Assembly: GCA_031262545.1 (NCBI GenBank)
Contig: JAISHP010000104.1
Coordinates: 1,209-65,208 of the forward strand
From: Candidatus Ancillula hodotermitis
GTDB lineage: Bacteria > Actinomycetota > Actinomycetes > Actinomycetales > Bifidobacteriaceae
Direction of reading: 5' to 3'
DNA: 64,000 bases
Shown here: positions 36,938 to 46,942 of the stretch, one piece after another
How the letters are laid out: the number at the start of each line of letters is the position of its first letter
How positions within the stretch are numbered: the first letter of the stretch is position 1
The notes under the pieces: generated by a model
Databases searched by the model: none
Told to the model about the DNA's origin: nothing
What the model saw: the letters and a program-made list of their open reading frames with translations, nothing else
Translations under genes and position numbers: made by a program

Positions 36938-39139
36938 CTAAGCAATTGTTAATCCAACAACAGTTCCTCGTTTTACCGATTCTCCAGCTGTTATATTTTG
37001 TTTTTGGACTAATTTTAATATTTGATCACCTGAAATTGACCATTTTAAATCCAAATTATCTAATGCGCTTTTTGCGCTTTCTAAAGTCATTCCTACAACA
37101 TTTGGAACAGAAACATTTTCTGTTCCTTTTGAAATGGTAAGAGTTACTAAATCTCCACTATATAAAATTTTTCCGGCTTGTTGATCTTGTGAAATTACAT
37201 CATTTTTATCAATTTCATTAGAAAATTGTTTAATTTCAGTAAATTTCAGCCCTAAATTATCTAATTTTTCTTCAGCTGTTGAATAATCCATTCCTGTTAG
37301 ATTTGGAACTTCAATCGGTTTTTTCCCTTTAGAAACATTGATTTTTACCTTGGCATTATGTTTAATTTTTAGTGTTCCTTCTTTGGGTGAAATTTTTGTT
37401 ATATTTCCTTTTTCTACCGAATTAGAATATACTTCATTTATTTTATATTCACCATCAAACCCTGCTTGTTTTAGTGCAGCTTGCACAGTTTCTAAATTTT
37501 GTCCAACAAGATTTTTAGGCATATTTACAAAATTGATTCCTTTTGAAACAATAATTGTAACCTGCCCTAATCTTTGAGAAATTGTATTACCTGTGCTGGG
37601 CTCCGTTGATATTACAGTCCCTGTTTTGATAGTATCAGAATATTCTTCGCTTATTGAATATTTAATATGATCATTATTTAAAATTTGTTCTGCTTGTTGA
37701 GCTTGAGCACCAATTAGTCCCGAAGGTATTTTTATTTGCCCACCTGGTCCATAAAAAATATACCAAAAAACTATCCCTGCTATAAATAAAATTGATATTA
37801 AAACAGCAAATAATTTAATTATTTTTTTCTTGTTTTTAGTTTTTTTAGAAAAATTTTCTAAATCGGATGTTTCTTGGTTTTCTCCAACTTCTATTTCATT
37901 ATTTTGATTAAATTCTTCTCTTTGGTTTAGCTCGTCGCTTTGATTTAATTTGGCTATAAATTCTTCTCTTTGTAATTTTCTAGAAAATTCTTCACCCGCT
38001 AATTGCTCATTTACTGTTAAAAATTCAGTCGATATGTTATCTTCCTCTTCTGATAATATTTCGCTGTTATCTTTTTCTGGTTTAAAGGGACTAGATGGTA
38101 AAGATATAGAACCAGGTTTAAATTGTCCAGTATTTTTAGTTGTAAATTTTTTAGAAGTTGTTGTTTTGTTTATTTGAGATATAGAATTTTTTGTTTCTGC
38201 TTTTTTTTCTTTTTTTGGTGGACGGGGTAATTTGATTGCCAACTCATTAGCACTTAAATTCGTAGCAATTTTAATTAATTCTTTAAGAGCTTCATGAGCA
38301 TTATCTGGTCTTTTTTCTCTATCTCTTTCACAAAGGCGGCATATATAATCCGAAACTGATTTTGGTACTTTTGGAAATTGTTCTGAAAGGTTTGGAACGT
38401 CATCACTAACATGCTTTAGCGCAATCTGAAAAGTTTCATCTCCATTATATGGTTGAAATCCGGCAATTAGTTCATAAAGCATTATTCCCACAGCATAAAC
38501 ATCAACTCTGTAGTCTGGTTGTTGATAAGTTCCATCTGGTAATTGTTTTGGATCAATTACTTCTGGTGCTAAATATGATATTGTTCCATAAACTGAGTCA
38601 GTCATTGTTGTAACAGTATCAGTTGCTACTTTTGACAAACCAAAATCTGTTAATTTTAACTCGCCTTTTTTATTAATTAAAATGTTTTCTGGTTTTACGT
38701 CTCTATGAATTAATCTTTGTCTAAAAGCAGCATCCAAAGGCCTGAGAATTAATTCTGTTATTTTAAGAGCATCACCAACTGAAAAAGTTCCTACTTGCTT
38801 TAACCGAGCTCTTAAATTCGTTCCTTCAACAAGCTCCATTACTAAAAAACTAAGTTGCCCATCAGTTCCTGTATCATAAATTGTTACAACACCAGGACCT
38901 CTTAGTTTTGCAGCATTTTTGGATTCTTTTCTAAATTCAGCAATAAATTTAGCCCCTTTTTCACCTTCAATTAAATGCGGGTGAATTATTTTCATCGCTA
39001 CTTCGCGATCTAATCTTGTGTCTGTTGCTCTGTAGACTGTCGCCATTCCTCCACTAGCAATTCTAGCTTCGATTTTATAGCGGTTTGAGTCGATAAATTT
39101 ACCAACTAAACTATCTTTTGCCGGTTTATTCTCACTCAA
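36938..39139 (-). CDS. pknB: Ser/Thr protein kinase with a TM helix and four extracellular PASTA repeats (PknB-like)
   Basis: 733 aa. Kinase motifs VAMK, HRDVKPENIL, DFGLS, APE. There is a low-complexity linker, one TM helix and four PASTA-like units of about 65 aa each. TTG start. Confidence 0.88.
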   Translation of the reverse strand: MSENKPAKDSLVGKFIDSNRYKIEARIASGGMATVYRATDTRLDREVAMKIIHPHLIEGEKGAKFIAEFRKESKNAAKLRGPGVVTIYDTGTDGQLSFLVMELVEGTNLRARLKQVGTFSVGDALKITELILRPLDAAFRQRLIHRDVKPENILINKKGELKLTDFGLSKVATDTVTTMTDSVYGTISYLAPEVIDPKQLPDGTYQQPDYRVDVYAVGIMLYELIAGFQPYNGDETFQIALKHVSDDVPNLSEQFPKVPKSVSDYICRLCERDREKRPDNAHEALKELIKIATNLSANELAIKLPRPPKKEKKAETKNSISQINKTTTSKKFTTKNTGQFKPGSISLPSSPFKPEKDNSEILSEEEDNISTEFLTVNEQLAGEEFSRKLQREEFIAKLNQSDELNQREEFNQNNEIEVGENQETSDLENFSKKTKNKKKIIKLFAVLISILFIAGIVFWYIFYGPGGQIKIPSGLIGAQAQQAEQILNNDHIKYSISEEYSDTIKTGTVISTEPSTGNTISQRLGQVTIIVSKGINFVNMPKNLVGQNLETVQAALKQAGFDGEYKINEVYSNSVEKGNITKISPKEGTLKIKHNAKVKINVSKGKKPIEVPNLTGMDYSTAEEKLDNLGLKFTEIKQFSNEIDKNDVISQDQQAGKILYSGDLVTLTISKGTENVSVPNVVGMTLESAKSALDNLDLKWSISGDQILKLVQKQNITAGESVKRGTVVGLTIA

Positions 39140-39177
39140 TTCAAAAATTTATTTTATATTAAGATATTAACTATTAA

Positions 39178-39870
39178 TTAGTTAGTAACTTTAAATGACC
39201 AACTTGCTACTTCAGAATCAGATTCTTTAAGAATTACTTTATAATCACCTGTTCCAAGTACATTTCTTTCTGTAGAAACTATTGTTATATATCTTGGTAA
39301 CTCATCTTGAGAATCAGAATGAGCAACTGGGAAAGTTCCTTTTCTAATAGAAGAATTATCTTTTTTATTTATAACTTCATAAGTATAAATTTTTTGATCG
39401 GCTGGATTTTTTAACTTTAATTCTAACAAAATTGGATTTCCTTGTTTAAAAGATGTTTCTTCTTTTGTATTTGTAACATCTGTTGCTAATTTTGTTGGAT
39501 AAAATGCTACTTTATTTACATCACCTTTGGTATAATTTCCAGCGAAAAGTCCTCCTAAACCACCAGAATGACGAACTCCTGCTATACTAAACATAACGAT
39601 TAATGCAATTACGATAATCGCTACCACAGCTGATCCTACTATTATAAGTGGATTTAATTTTTTTGGCTTATCTGCAAATCTATGAACTCTTTTATTTTCA
39701 TTATCACCTGATAAAGTATCTGTTTTTTCTTCTACAGGTTTTTCTACAGTTGCTTTTGCATTTTCTTTTACACTATTATTATTTAAATCACTATTTAAAT
39801 TTTCAGTATTTAATTCACTAGTTTTATTTAAATCAATAACTTTTTCTTCTTGTGTGTTTTTTTCAGCCAT
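39178..39870 (-). CDS. Single-pass membrane protein, hypothetical (extracellular beta-rich domain)
   Basis: I moved the start to MAEKNT (39870) because TATAAT at 39877-39882 lies 6 nt upstream; the ORF-track TTG start contains that hexamer. There is one TM helix (LIIVGSAVVAIIVIALIVMFSIAG). Confidence 0.5.
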   Translation of the reverse strand: MAEKNTQEEKVIDLNKTSELNTENLNSDLNNNSVKENAKATVEKPVEEKTDTLSGDNENKRVHRFADKPKKLNPLIIVGSAVVAIIVIALIVMFSIAGVRHSGGLGGLFAGNYTKGDVNKVAFYPTKLATDVTNTKEETSFKQGNPILLELKLKNPADQKIYTYEVINKKDNSSIRKGTFPVAHSDSQDELPRYITIVSTERNVLGTGDYKVILKESDSEVASWSFKVTN

Positions 39871-39928
39871 AAAAATATTATACAATAAATATAACTGTAT
39901 TATCTTTCTTTATACCAATATTTTTATT

Positions 39929-40864
39929 TTATTTTGTTTCTTCTAAGATATTTTCAAAAGATTCTGAATTATCAATTCTTAATTTTTTAGGTTTCCAACG
40001 ACCTTCTTTTTTAGGTAAATCTGTTTCAGAATGCATTCCGCAACCGTGATCTGCTGAAACAACTCTACCATCATCTCGACTCCAAGCATTAGCGCAAACA
40101 CCAAACATTTGTCCAATATCTCCTTCTAAAGGTAAATAAAATCCACAAGTTTGACAATTTGCAAGCGCTATTCTAGTTGAGGCTGTTTTTGGTCCATGAA
40201 CTCCTTCATACCACCTTGCAGCAGTTTCAGATCTACCAAGAACATTTAAAATTCTATTTTTCTCAACAGCAAGATTATTTAGTTTTGTTTGTTCTTCTTT
40301 ATTTAAATCTTCTAAAATTAAATCTAAATTTTCATCATCTTGTTGAAATTCATTATAATCAATTTCACTCATATCACTTGGTTGGAGTCTTTCCTTCCAA
40401 GGGATCCATTCAGGTGCTATAAACGCATTTTCTCTTGGTTGAAATGTTGATTCTGTAATAGTTATTTCATCCTCATCATTTAATTGTTGAAGAATTACTA
40501 CAAATTTCCAATCAGGATAAGCTTTGAATTTAGAAGCGAATTCAAATGATATTGTTGCACCATCAATAACTTTTTTTTCAATCAAATTACCAACATATCT
40601 TACATTTTCGGCAGTTAATGCGGCTGCATTTTTTGCAATCTCTTCTGCTTCAACAGATAAAATTTTTTCTGGTAATTTTCTTCTAGAATCAAATTTAGAT
40701 TTTTTTGGTCCTTTATTTTTCTTTTCTAATTTTAACTCTTTTACTTTTGGTTCTTTTTTTGTTTTTGATAAATTTTTATTTTTAACTTCTTTAACTTGTT
40801 TAATTTCATTTTTTTCTTTTTCTGTTTTCTTTTTTGGAAGAAATGCTTTAAAAAACTTAAACAT
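39929..40864 (-). CDS. DUF3027-like protein (Cys/His-rich C-terminus)
   Basis: 311 aa with a Lys-rich N-terminus. The C-terminal CQTCGF...GVCAN...HGCGMHSE pattern is as I remember it for actinobacterial DUF3027. TATAAT at 40871-40876 lies 6 nt upstream of the ATG. Confidence 0.55.
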   Translation of the reverse strand: MFKFFKAFLPKKKTEKEKNEIKQVKEVKNKNLSKTKKEPKVKELKLEKKNKGPKKSKFDSRRKLPEKILSVEAEEIAKNAAALTAENVRYVGNLIEKKVIDGATISFEFASKFKAYPDWKFVVILQQLNDEDEITITESTFQPRENAFIAPEWIPWKERLQPSDMSEIDYNEFQQDDENLDLILEDLNKEEQTKLNNLAVEKNRILNVLGRSETAARWYEGVHGPKTASTRIALANCQTCGFYLPLEGDIGQMFGVCANAWSRDDGRVVSADHGCGMHSETDLPKKEGRWKPKKLRIDNSESFENILEETK

Positions 40865-40894
40865 AATTATATTATACCTATTTTATAAATTCAA

Positions 40895-41896
40895 CTAATT
40901 CATTTTTATTATGTTTATTCCGTTTTTTTTGTTAAAAATATTTAAATTTTCGGAATTTGTTGTTGTTATAATAGCTTGTGATTCTTTTTTTAATATATCT
41001 ATAACTTTTCTTTTCCGAGTTTTATCTAAACTAATAAAAAGATCATCTAAAAGTAATATATTCTCTATTTTATTTTGTATTTGATTTTTTATAATTTCAT
41101 TTTCTGACAAGACAAAAGCATAAGTTATTGACCAAGCTTCCCCTTGAGAAATATTTCCTTTTGATTTTTCACCTTTTAAATATATTTGAAAATTATCTTT
41201 TTGACATCCTTCAAGAGAGAATCCTAAAATTTTTTCTTTTTCAAAATTTTCAATCATTATTTTTTTCATATTATCTTCTGTAAGAATTTTAGGACTTGAA
41301 ATAAATTCTATTTCAATAATATTTTCTTCTTTTTTTTCGACAATTTTATTATATTTATCAGTAATATATTGTTTTATTTTATTTAAATATTCTTTCCTTT
41401 TTTTTGATATAATTAGGCTTTTTTCTAAAAATTGTTGATTCCAAATCTTTATATATTCGAATTCTTTGTTTGTTATTTTATGTTTTGAATAATTTTTTAA
41501 TAATTTATTTCTTTGAATTAATATTTTATTAAATTCTTGTAATTCTTTTTTATATTTAACATCATTTTTTTTAATTTCTTGATCAATTATGTTTCTTTTT
41601 TGTTCAGAAGAATAGAATAAATCAACTGTTGTTTCTGGTGAAAATAAAGTAACATTAAATTTCTTATTTTTTTCGGAAATTATATTTATTTGAGATTTAT
41701 TTTCATTATATGTAATTGTTTGTTTTAAATGTGTTGTTTTAAAACTTTTTTTCTCGCTTTTTATATATATTGCTTCTAAAATACTTGTTTTGCCAACACC
41801 ATTTTTACCAACTAAAATATTGACGTTAGGCTTAAAAGTTATATTTTTATACTTATGATTACGAAAATTAACTAACTCAACTTCTTGAATTGGCAT
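40895..41896 (-). CDS. recF: DNA replication/repair protein RecF (short, highly diverged)
   Basis: 333 aa. N-terminal VELVNFRNH...GKNGVGKTSILEAI (Walker A) and C-terminal LLLDDLFISLD (Walker B). It sits in the dnaA-dnaN-recF position. Confidence 0.75.
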   Translation of the reverse strand: MPIQEVELVNFRNHKYKNITFKPNVNILVGKNGVGKTSILEAIYIKSEKKSFKTTHLKQTITYNENKSQINIISEKNKKFNVTLFSPETTVDLFYSSEQKRNIIDQEIKKNDVKYKKELQEFNKILIQRNKLLKNYSKHKITNKEFEYIKIWNQQFLEKSLIISKKRKEYLNKIKQYITDKYNKIVEKKEENIIEIEFISSPKILTEDNMKKIMIENFEKEKILGFSLEGCQKDNFQIYLKGEKSKGNISQGEAWSITYAFVLSENEIIKNQIQNKIENILLLDDLFISLDKTRKRKVIDILKKESQAIITTTNSENLNIFNKKNGINIIKMN

Positions 41897-41898
41897 TT

Positions 41899-43023
41899 TT
41901 ATCCAATTTTAATTGGAACAATTATATATTTATAATTATCTTTACTTTCTTCTTCTGGTTTATCAGCACCTGTGAGTCTAATTGGTTTTGTTGTTTCTTC
42001 AAAATCAAAACAAATATAATTTTCAGAAATTTGCGCTATTCCTTCTTTTAAAAACTGAATATTAAATTTAATCTTAATTTCTTCACCACTATAACTACAA
42101 TCAACCACTTCTTGTGCAGAATATTCATTTATTTCGTCAGTAATCAATGTTATCGTTTTATCATTAAAAATAGTTGTAACACTTGTTGTATTATTTGAAA
42201 TAATTGATATTCTTGAAAGTGCACTATTTATATCACTTTTATTAATATATATTGTTTGATTATATTTTTGTTCAAAAAGTTTTTCTGTTGGAGGAAATGT
42301 CCCAGCCACAATTTGAGTTGTAACATTATATGAACCAGTGGAAAAAGTTATTATATTTGAATTTTCTTCATCAAAATAAATATCAGTTGTAGTAGAATTT
42401 TCAATAGATTTAGCTAATTCTATTAGTGTTTTATTTTTTATAATTATTGATTTGTCAATATCTTTATTTGATTTCCAAGGAATTTCTTTTCTTGCAATAC
42501 GATATCTATCAATTGCAGATAAAATAACTTTGTCTTTTTGTAAATCTATTTTAATTGTTTGTAAAATTGGTGTAGTATCTTCTCTGGCTGAAGCAATTCC
42601 TACTCTTACTAAAGCATTAGAAAAATCTCTTGAATTAATTGAACCAATTAAATTTTTTGCTTCTTCTGTTTCTGGGAACTCATTACTTTTATAAATTGGA
42701 ATATTAGTTTTATTTTTTCCTGAAGAAACTTCTAATTTTCCAGTTTTTTCGTTATCATTAATTAAAATTTTTCCTGCCGGCATTGATCTTACAATATCTG
42801 TAAAAAATTTTGCATGCACTAAAACTTCTCCATCATTTTCTACTGGAATTAATTCTTTTGTTTTAGATGTTACTTCTAAATTTGTAATTTCTGTTGAAAA
42901 ACCCTCTTTATTAGCTGTTAATTTTATAGCCGCAAAAATAGGAATTGAAGGTCTAGAAGTTAAAAACTTTGTCGACCAATCTAAACTATTAATTAATGTT
43001 TCTTTTTCTATTTGAAGCTTCAT
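41899..43023 (-). CDS. dnaN: DNA polymerase III beta sliding clamp
   Basis: 374 aa with three-domain clamp length, positioned downstream of dnaA. TATAAT at 43030-43035 lies 6 nt upstream of the ATG. Confidence 0.88.
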   Translation of the reverse strand: MKLQIEKETLINSLDWSTKFLTSRPSIPIFAAIKLTANKEGFSTEITNLEVTSKTKELIPVENDGEVLVHAKFFTDIVRSMPAGKILINDNEKTGKLEVSSGKNKTNIPIYKSNEFPETEEAKNLIGSINSRDFSNALVRVGIASAREDTTPILQTIKIDLQKDKVILSAIDRYRIARKEIPWKSNKDIDKSIIIKNKTLIELAKSIENSTTTDIYFDEENSNIITFSTGSYNVTTQIVAGTFPPTEKLFEQKYNQTIYINKSDINSALSRISIISNNTTSVTTIFNDKTITLITDEINEYSAQEVVDCSYSGEEIKIKFNIQFLKEGIAQISENYICFDFEETTKPIRLTGADKPEEESKDNYKYIIVPIKIG

Positions 43024-43239
43024 AAATATATTATACAGTTATAAATATTTTATTTTTTGAGTTTTTAACATTATTAATATTAATTAAATAATCTTAATAT
43101 TAACTAGTGTAAATTTGTAAATTTCTTATTTTTTTCTTATTTTTATTATTAACTACATCAATGTTTTTAATTGAATTAATGTCATTTAATTGTTATTTAA
43201 TTTTTCTACATCAATGTAGTTAATATATATTCATATTAG
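43024..43239. other. Candidate oriC (dnaA-dnaN intergenic region)
   Basis: 216-bp spacer with only about 27 G/C by hand count. CTACATCAATGT is repeated at 43153-43164 and 43206-43217. TTAACTACA (43149-43157) and its inverse TGTAGTTAA (43215-43223) match the DnaA-box consensus TTATCCACA at 7 of 9 positions. Gene orientation switches here. Confidence 0.5.
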
Positions 43240-44679
43240 TTAATTATTTACACTTTTTTTAATTCTAGAAATAATATCCTCTATTTGTTTATATATTTCT
43301 TTATTTTCTTTAATTTGTTTACTAACTTTTTTCTCTGCATTAATTACACTTGCATGATCTTTATTAAAAAAATTACCAATTTGTACTAATGTTAATTTTG
43401 TTATTTGTCTAGCTATATACATAGTATAATGTCTAGCTTTTACTAAATTTGGTGTTCTACCTGGACCTTTAATATCGTCTAAAGTTATACCAAAATATCC
43501 AGCACAAAACTGTGCTATATCTAAAATTGTAATTTCTTTATTATTTTTATTTAAATAATCTTTTAAGGCTTCGTTTATTATGTTTTCTGATAGCTTAACA
43601 TTATTTACACCACAATAAAATACTATTTTATTTAAAGAAGCAATTAATTCTCGAACACTTGAAAATACTAAACTTGCAATATGTGCAACTATTTCTTCTG
43701 TAAAAAAGATTTCTGTTCCATCACTATATTTTGGTTTTTCTTGAAAAATATGTTTTTTTAAAACAGCTACTCTCATTTCATAATCTGGATTATCTATTGA
43801 CCAATATTGACCTTGTTTAAATCTTGAAATTTGTCTTTTATGAAATTGTTTTAAATAATCTGGTTGAGCATCGGCAGCAATAACTATTTGTTTATTATGT
43901 GTAGTTAAATAATTAAATATTTCAAAAAATATTTTTTGTGTCTGTTCCATTTTTTCTGTAAAAAATTGGATGTCATCAATTAATAATACATCTAAACTAT
44001 GATATTTTTTATTAAATTCATTTAACGATCTCATACTTGAAGCTGTTGTAAACTCATTTATAAATTCTTCACTTGTAATATATAAAACTTTATAATTAGG
44101 ATTTATTATTTTAATATGATTTCCAATTGCATTTAAAAGATGTGTTTTTCCTAAACCTGGATTTCCATAAATATAAAATGGATTATAATTATTTTCACCT
44201 GGGGCTTCTGAAACAGCAACTGCGGCGGAAAGAGCTAATCTATTACTTTCCCCAGCAATAAAATTATCAAAAGAGAATTTTTCTGATAAATTTGATTCTA
44301 TATTATTTTCTTCTGGTTTGTTTGGAATATTTACTTTAGGAACAACAATTTGTTGATAATAATTTTTTATTGGAGTACCTGTTTTAATGGGTGTTTGATG
44401 ATAAATTTTATTATTTATTGTTTCTTTATTTTTTGTTGTATCTATTTTTATTATAATACTTTTAATTTCTGGAATCTCACTTTGACAAATTCTAACTAAC
44501 TCATTATTAACAGTTGGAAGTTCTACCATAGCTCTAACCATTTCGTTTGGAGCTTGAATTATTATATCCTCACCTAATTGCCCTACAATTGATAAAGAAA
44601 TTAATTGTTTTACTTGTTTGGGTGTTAAGTCTTCAGATTCTTCTATATATTTTACAAAGTTATTAACAAGGTTTTCCAC
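43240..44679 (-). CDS. dnaA: Chromosomal replication initiator protein DnaA
   Basis: 479 aa. Motifs GNPGLGKTHLL (Walker A), LLIDDIQF, and C-terminal DNA-binding KARHYTMYIARQ...DHASVINA. GTG start. Confidence 0.93.
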   Translation of the reverse strand: MENLVNNFVKYIEESEDLTPKQVKQLISLSIVGQLGEDIIIQAPNEMVRAMVELPTVNNELVRICQSEIPEIKSIIIKIDTTKNKETINNKIYHQTPIKTGTPIKNYYQQIVVPKVNIPNKPEENNIESNLSEKFSFDNFIAGESNRLALSAAVAVSEAPGENNYNPFYIYGNPGLGKTHLLNAIGNHIKIINPNYKVLYITSEEFINEFTTASSMRSLNEFNKKYHSLDVLLIDDIQFFTEKMEQTQKIFFEIFNYLTTHNKQIVIAADAQPDYLKQFHKRQISRFKQGQYWSIDNPDYEMRVAVLKKHIFQEKPKYSDGTEIFFTEEIVAHIASLVFSSVRELIASLNKIVFYCGVNNVKLSENIINEALKDYLNKNNKEITILDIAQFCAGYFGITLDDIKGPGRTPNLVKARHYTMYIARQITKLTLVQIGNFFNKDHASVINAEKKVSKQIKENKEIYKQIEDIISRIKKSVNN

Positions 44680-44680
44680 A
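44672..44680 (+). promoter_or_regulatory. DnaA-box-like TTTTCCACA (8/9 to TTATCCACA) overlapping the dnaA GTG start codon
   Basis: Read directly from the sequence. The position suggests autoregulation, but there is only a single site. Confidence 0.35.
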
Positions 44681-44718
44681 TTTTGCCTTTCTTTTGTTAA
44701 AAAATATTATACGCTAAA

Positions 44719-44748
44719 TTGACATATTCTCCTAAAAATAGGTATAAT
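44719..44748 (+). promoter_or_regulatory. Sigma-70-type promoter of rpmH (TTGACA-18 nt-TATAAT)
   Basis: Consensus -35 at 44719-44724 and consensus -10 at 44743-44748. AGGAG at 44771-44775 lies 8 nt before the ATG. Confidence 0.7.
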
Positions 44749-44783
44749 ATTTTTGTATATACTAAAAATTAGGAGATTTTATT

Positions 44784-44918
44784 ATGAAAAGAACTTTTCA
44801 ACCAAATAATAGAAAAAAAGCTAAAAAACATGGCTTTAGAGTTAGAATGTCTACTGCTGCTGGTAGAAAAATTTTAAATAATCGTCGTAAAAAAGGCCGT
44901 GTTGAGCTTAGTGCTTAA
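44784..44918 (+). CDS. rpmH: 50S ribosomal protein L34
   Basis: The 44-aa ORF is below the ORF-track cutoff. It translates to [44 protein letters not shown], has a Shine-Dalgarno sequence and sits in the conserved position before rnpA. Confidence 0.93.
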   Translation: MKRTFQPNNRKKAKKHGFRVRMSTAAGRKILNNRRKKGRVELSA

Positions 44919-45248
44919 TTGGTGAACGATTTATTTATAACAAAAACTTCTGAATATAATTTTGTTTATAAAAATGCAAATACCTTATATTCAAAGTTTT
45001 TTGTTATAAAATATATTAATTCTGATCATTTTAGAGTAGGAATTATTGTTTCAAAAAAAGTTGGAAATTCTGTAGTTCGGCATTCAGTTAAAAGAAAGGT
45101 TAAAGAAGTGATAAGAAATAATTCTAAAATTATCTCTCAAAAATTTAATTTTGTGTTAATTTCTAAACCAAATTCTTCTTCTGCTTCTTTTTCTTCACTT
45201 AATAAAGATTTATATATAAATTTAGTTAAAAAAATTGGTGGTAAATAA
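44919..45248 (+). CDS. rnpA: Ribonuclease P protein component
   Basis: 109-aa basic protein directly after rpmH, with an RNR-like motif (VVRHSVKRKVKE). TTG start. Confidence 0.85.
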   Translation: MVNDLFITKTSEYNFVYKNANTLYSKFFVIKYINSDHFRVGIIVSKKVGNSVVRHSVKRKVKEVIRNNSKIISQKFNFVLISKPNSSSASFSSLNKDLYINLVKKIGGK

Positions 45249-45442
45249 TGAAAACATTAATTTCTTTATATCAAAAGTTTTTATCTCCATTACATTTACC
45301 TTGTTGTAAATATTATCCAACTTGTTCAACTTATTTTTTAAATGCTGTAACCAAATATGGTTATATTAAAGGTTCATTAAAAGGACTTTGGCGTCTATTA
45401 AGATGTAATCCTTTTTCTAATGGAGGAATTGACGAGGTATAG
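45248..45442 (+). CDS. yidD: Membrane protein insertion efficiency factor YidD
   Basis: 64 aa with CKYYPTCSTY and NPFSNGGID. Confidence 0.9.
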   Translation: MKTLISLYQKFLSPLHLPCCKYYPTCSTYFLNAVTKYGYIKGSLKGLWRLLRCNPFSNGGIDEV

Positions 45443-45447
45443 ACTTT

Positions 45448-46410
45448 ATGAATTTTTGGAATATTCTTTATCCTATTGAATGGGTTGTTTCGTATGTTTT
45501 TTATTATGCACATGAATTTTTAACTTTTATTGGCTTTTCAAAAGGATCAGGACCTGCTTGGCCCCTTTCAGTTATTTTATTAGTTGTAATTATAAGATTA
45601 ATTATTTTTCCTTTATTTTTACGCCAAATGCATTCAATGAAAAAAATGCAGGCTATCCAACCACAAATTCAAGCTATTCAAAAGAAATATAAAAATAAAA
45701 AAGATAATGAAAGTAAACAAGCTATGGGTAAAGAAACTATGGCTCTTTATCAAAAAGAAGGAGTTAATCCTGCTGGTTCATGTCTTCCTATGCTTCTTCA
45801 AATGCCTATATTTCTTTCTTTATATAGAACTTTTTCTTCAATCAAAGATATTGCTTCAGGAAATAGAGAGGCAGTTGGGCCTATAACAAATCAAGTAGCT
45901 CACGATATTGAAAATTCATTTTTATTTGGAACGCATCTTCATCTTTCAGATAATTGGGGGGCTGCACCAGATTTACCTAGTAAAATAGTTATTGGTGGTC
46001 TAATTGCTTTTATGTGCGTTGTAATGTTTATTAATATGAGATTAATTTCATCTAAAAACACACCTCAAGCAACTAAAGACAGTTCTCAATATAACATGAC
46101 TCGTTCCATGATGTATATTCAACCTGTTATTTATATTTTTACTGGTATTGCATTTCCTGTAGTGATTTTAATTTATTGGTGTACTACTAATCTTTGGAAT
46201 TTAGGACAAGGTTTATTCCAATTAAGGTTTCACCCTACTCCAGGATCAGATGCTTGGGATGAAAAAATTGCTCGAGAGAAGAAAAAAGATATTGAGAAGT
46301 TAAATGAAATAAAAGAAACTGATCCAGAAACTTACGCCGAAATTAACAAGCCTGATGAGCGTAAAAAACAAAGGCAACAACCAAAAAAGAATAAGAAAAA
46401 GAAAGGTTAA
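45448..46410 (+). CDS. yidC: Membrane protein insertase YidC
   Basis: 320 aa with five TM segments, a Lys-rich C-terminal tail and the conserved position. Confidence 0.88.
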   Translation: MNFWNILYPIEWVVSYVFYYAHEFLTFIGFSKGSGPAWPLSVILLVVIIRLIIFPLFLRQMHSMKKMQAIQPQIQAIQKKYKNKKDNESKQAMGKETMALYQKEGVNPAGSCLPMLLQMPIFLSLYRTFSSIKDIASGNREAVGPITNQVAHDIENSFLFGTHLHLSDNWGAAPDLPSKIVIGGLIAFMCVVMFINMRLISSKNTPQATKDSSQYNMTRSMMYIQPVIYIFTGIAFPVVILIYWCTTNLWNLGQGLFQLRFHPTPGSDAWDEKIAREKKKDIEKLNEIKETDPETYAEINKPDERKKQRQQPKKNKKKKG

Positions 46411-46412
46411 TT

Positions 46413-46940
46413 ATGACTACTGAAGAAAATACAGAATCTATTGATATGTTAAATACTGAAGCTGACTTAGCTGCTGATTTTATTGAGGAATTATTTAATA
46501 TTGCTGATTTAGACGGTGATATTGAAATGGGCATTAAGAATAATCGTGCGTATATTCATATTGTATCTGAAGACAAAAAAGCTTTAACCAATTTTACAGA
46601 TAATGATGGATCTGGATTGTTAGCTTTACAAGAAATTACACGACTAGCTGTTGGTGAACAAATTGGAGAAAAACCACATTTACTTGTTGATGTAAATAAT
46701 TGGAGAGAAGAAAAAACTCAAAAACTAAACAAAGAAGCTGAAGAAGCTTTTCAAAAGATTCAAGATGGTGAAGAGTCAGTTGAATTTGAATCTATGAATT
46801 CATTTGATCGTAAAATTATTCATGATAAAATTAATGAACTTGGTGGTTTTTCTATTTCAAAAGGAGTTGGAAAATCACGCCATGTTGTTGTTGTTGCTGA
46901 AAATCCTGAAGAAAAATCAGCAACAGAAAATAATGAATAA
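46413..46940 (+). CDS. jag: Jag/KhpB-like RNA-binding protein (KH + R3H domains)
   Basis: 175 aa with an R3H-like FDRKIIHDKINE...GVGKSRHVVV. It follows yidC, as in many Gram-positive bacteria. Confidence 0.8.
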   Translation: MTTEENTESIDMLNTEADLAADFIEELFNIADLDGDIEMGIKNNRAYIHIVSEDKKALTNFTDNDGSGLLALQEITRLAVGEQIGEKPHLLVDVNNWREEKTQKLNKEAEEAFQKIQDGEESVEFESMNSFDRKIIHDKINELGGFSISKGVGKSRHVVVVAENPEEKSATENNE

Positions 46941-46942
46941 AT

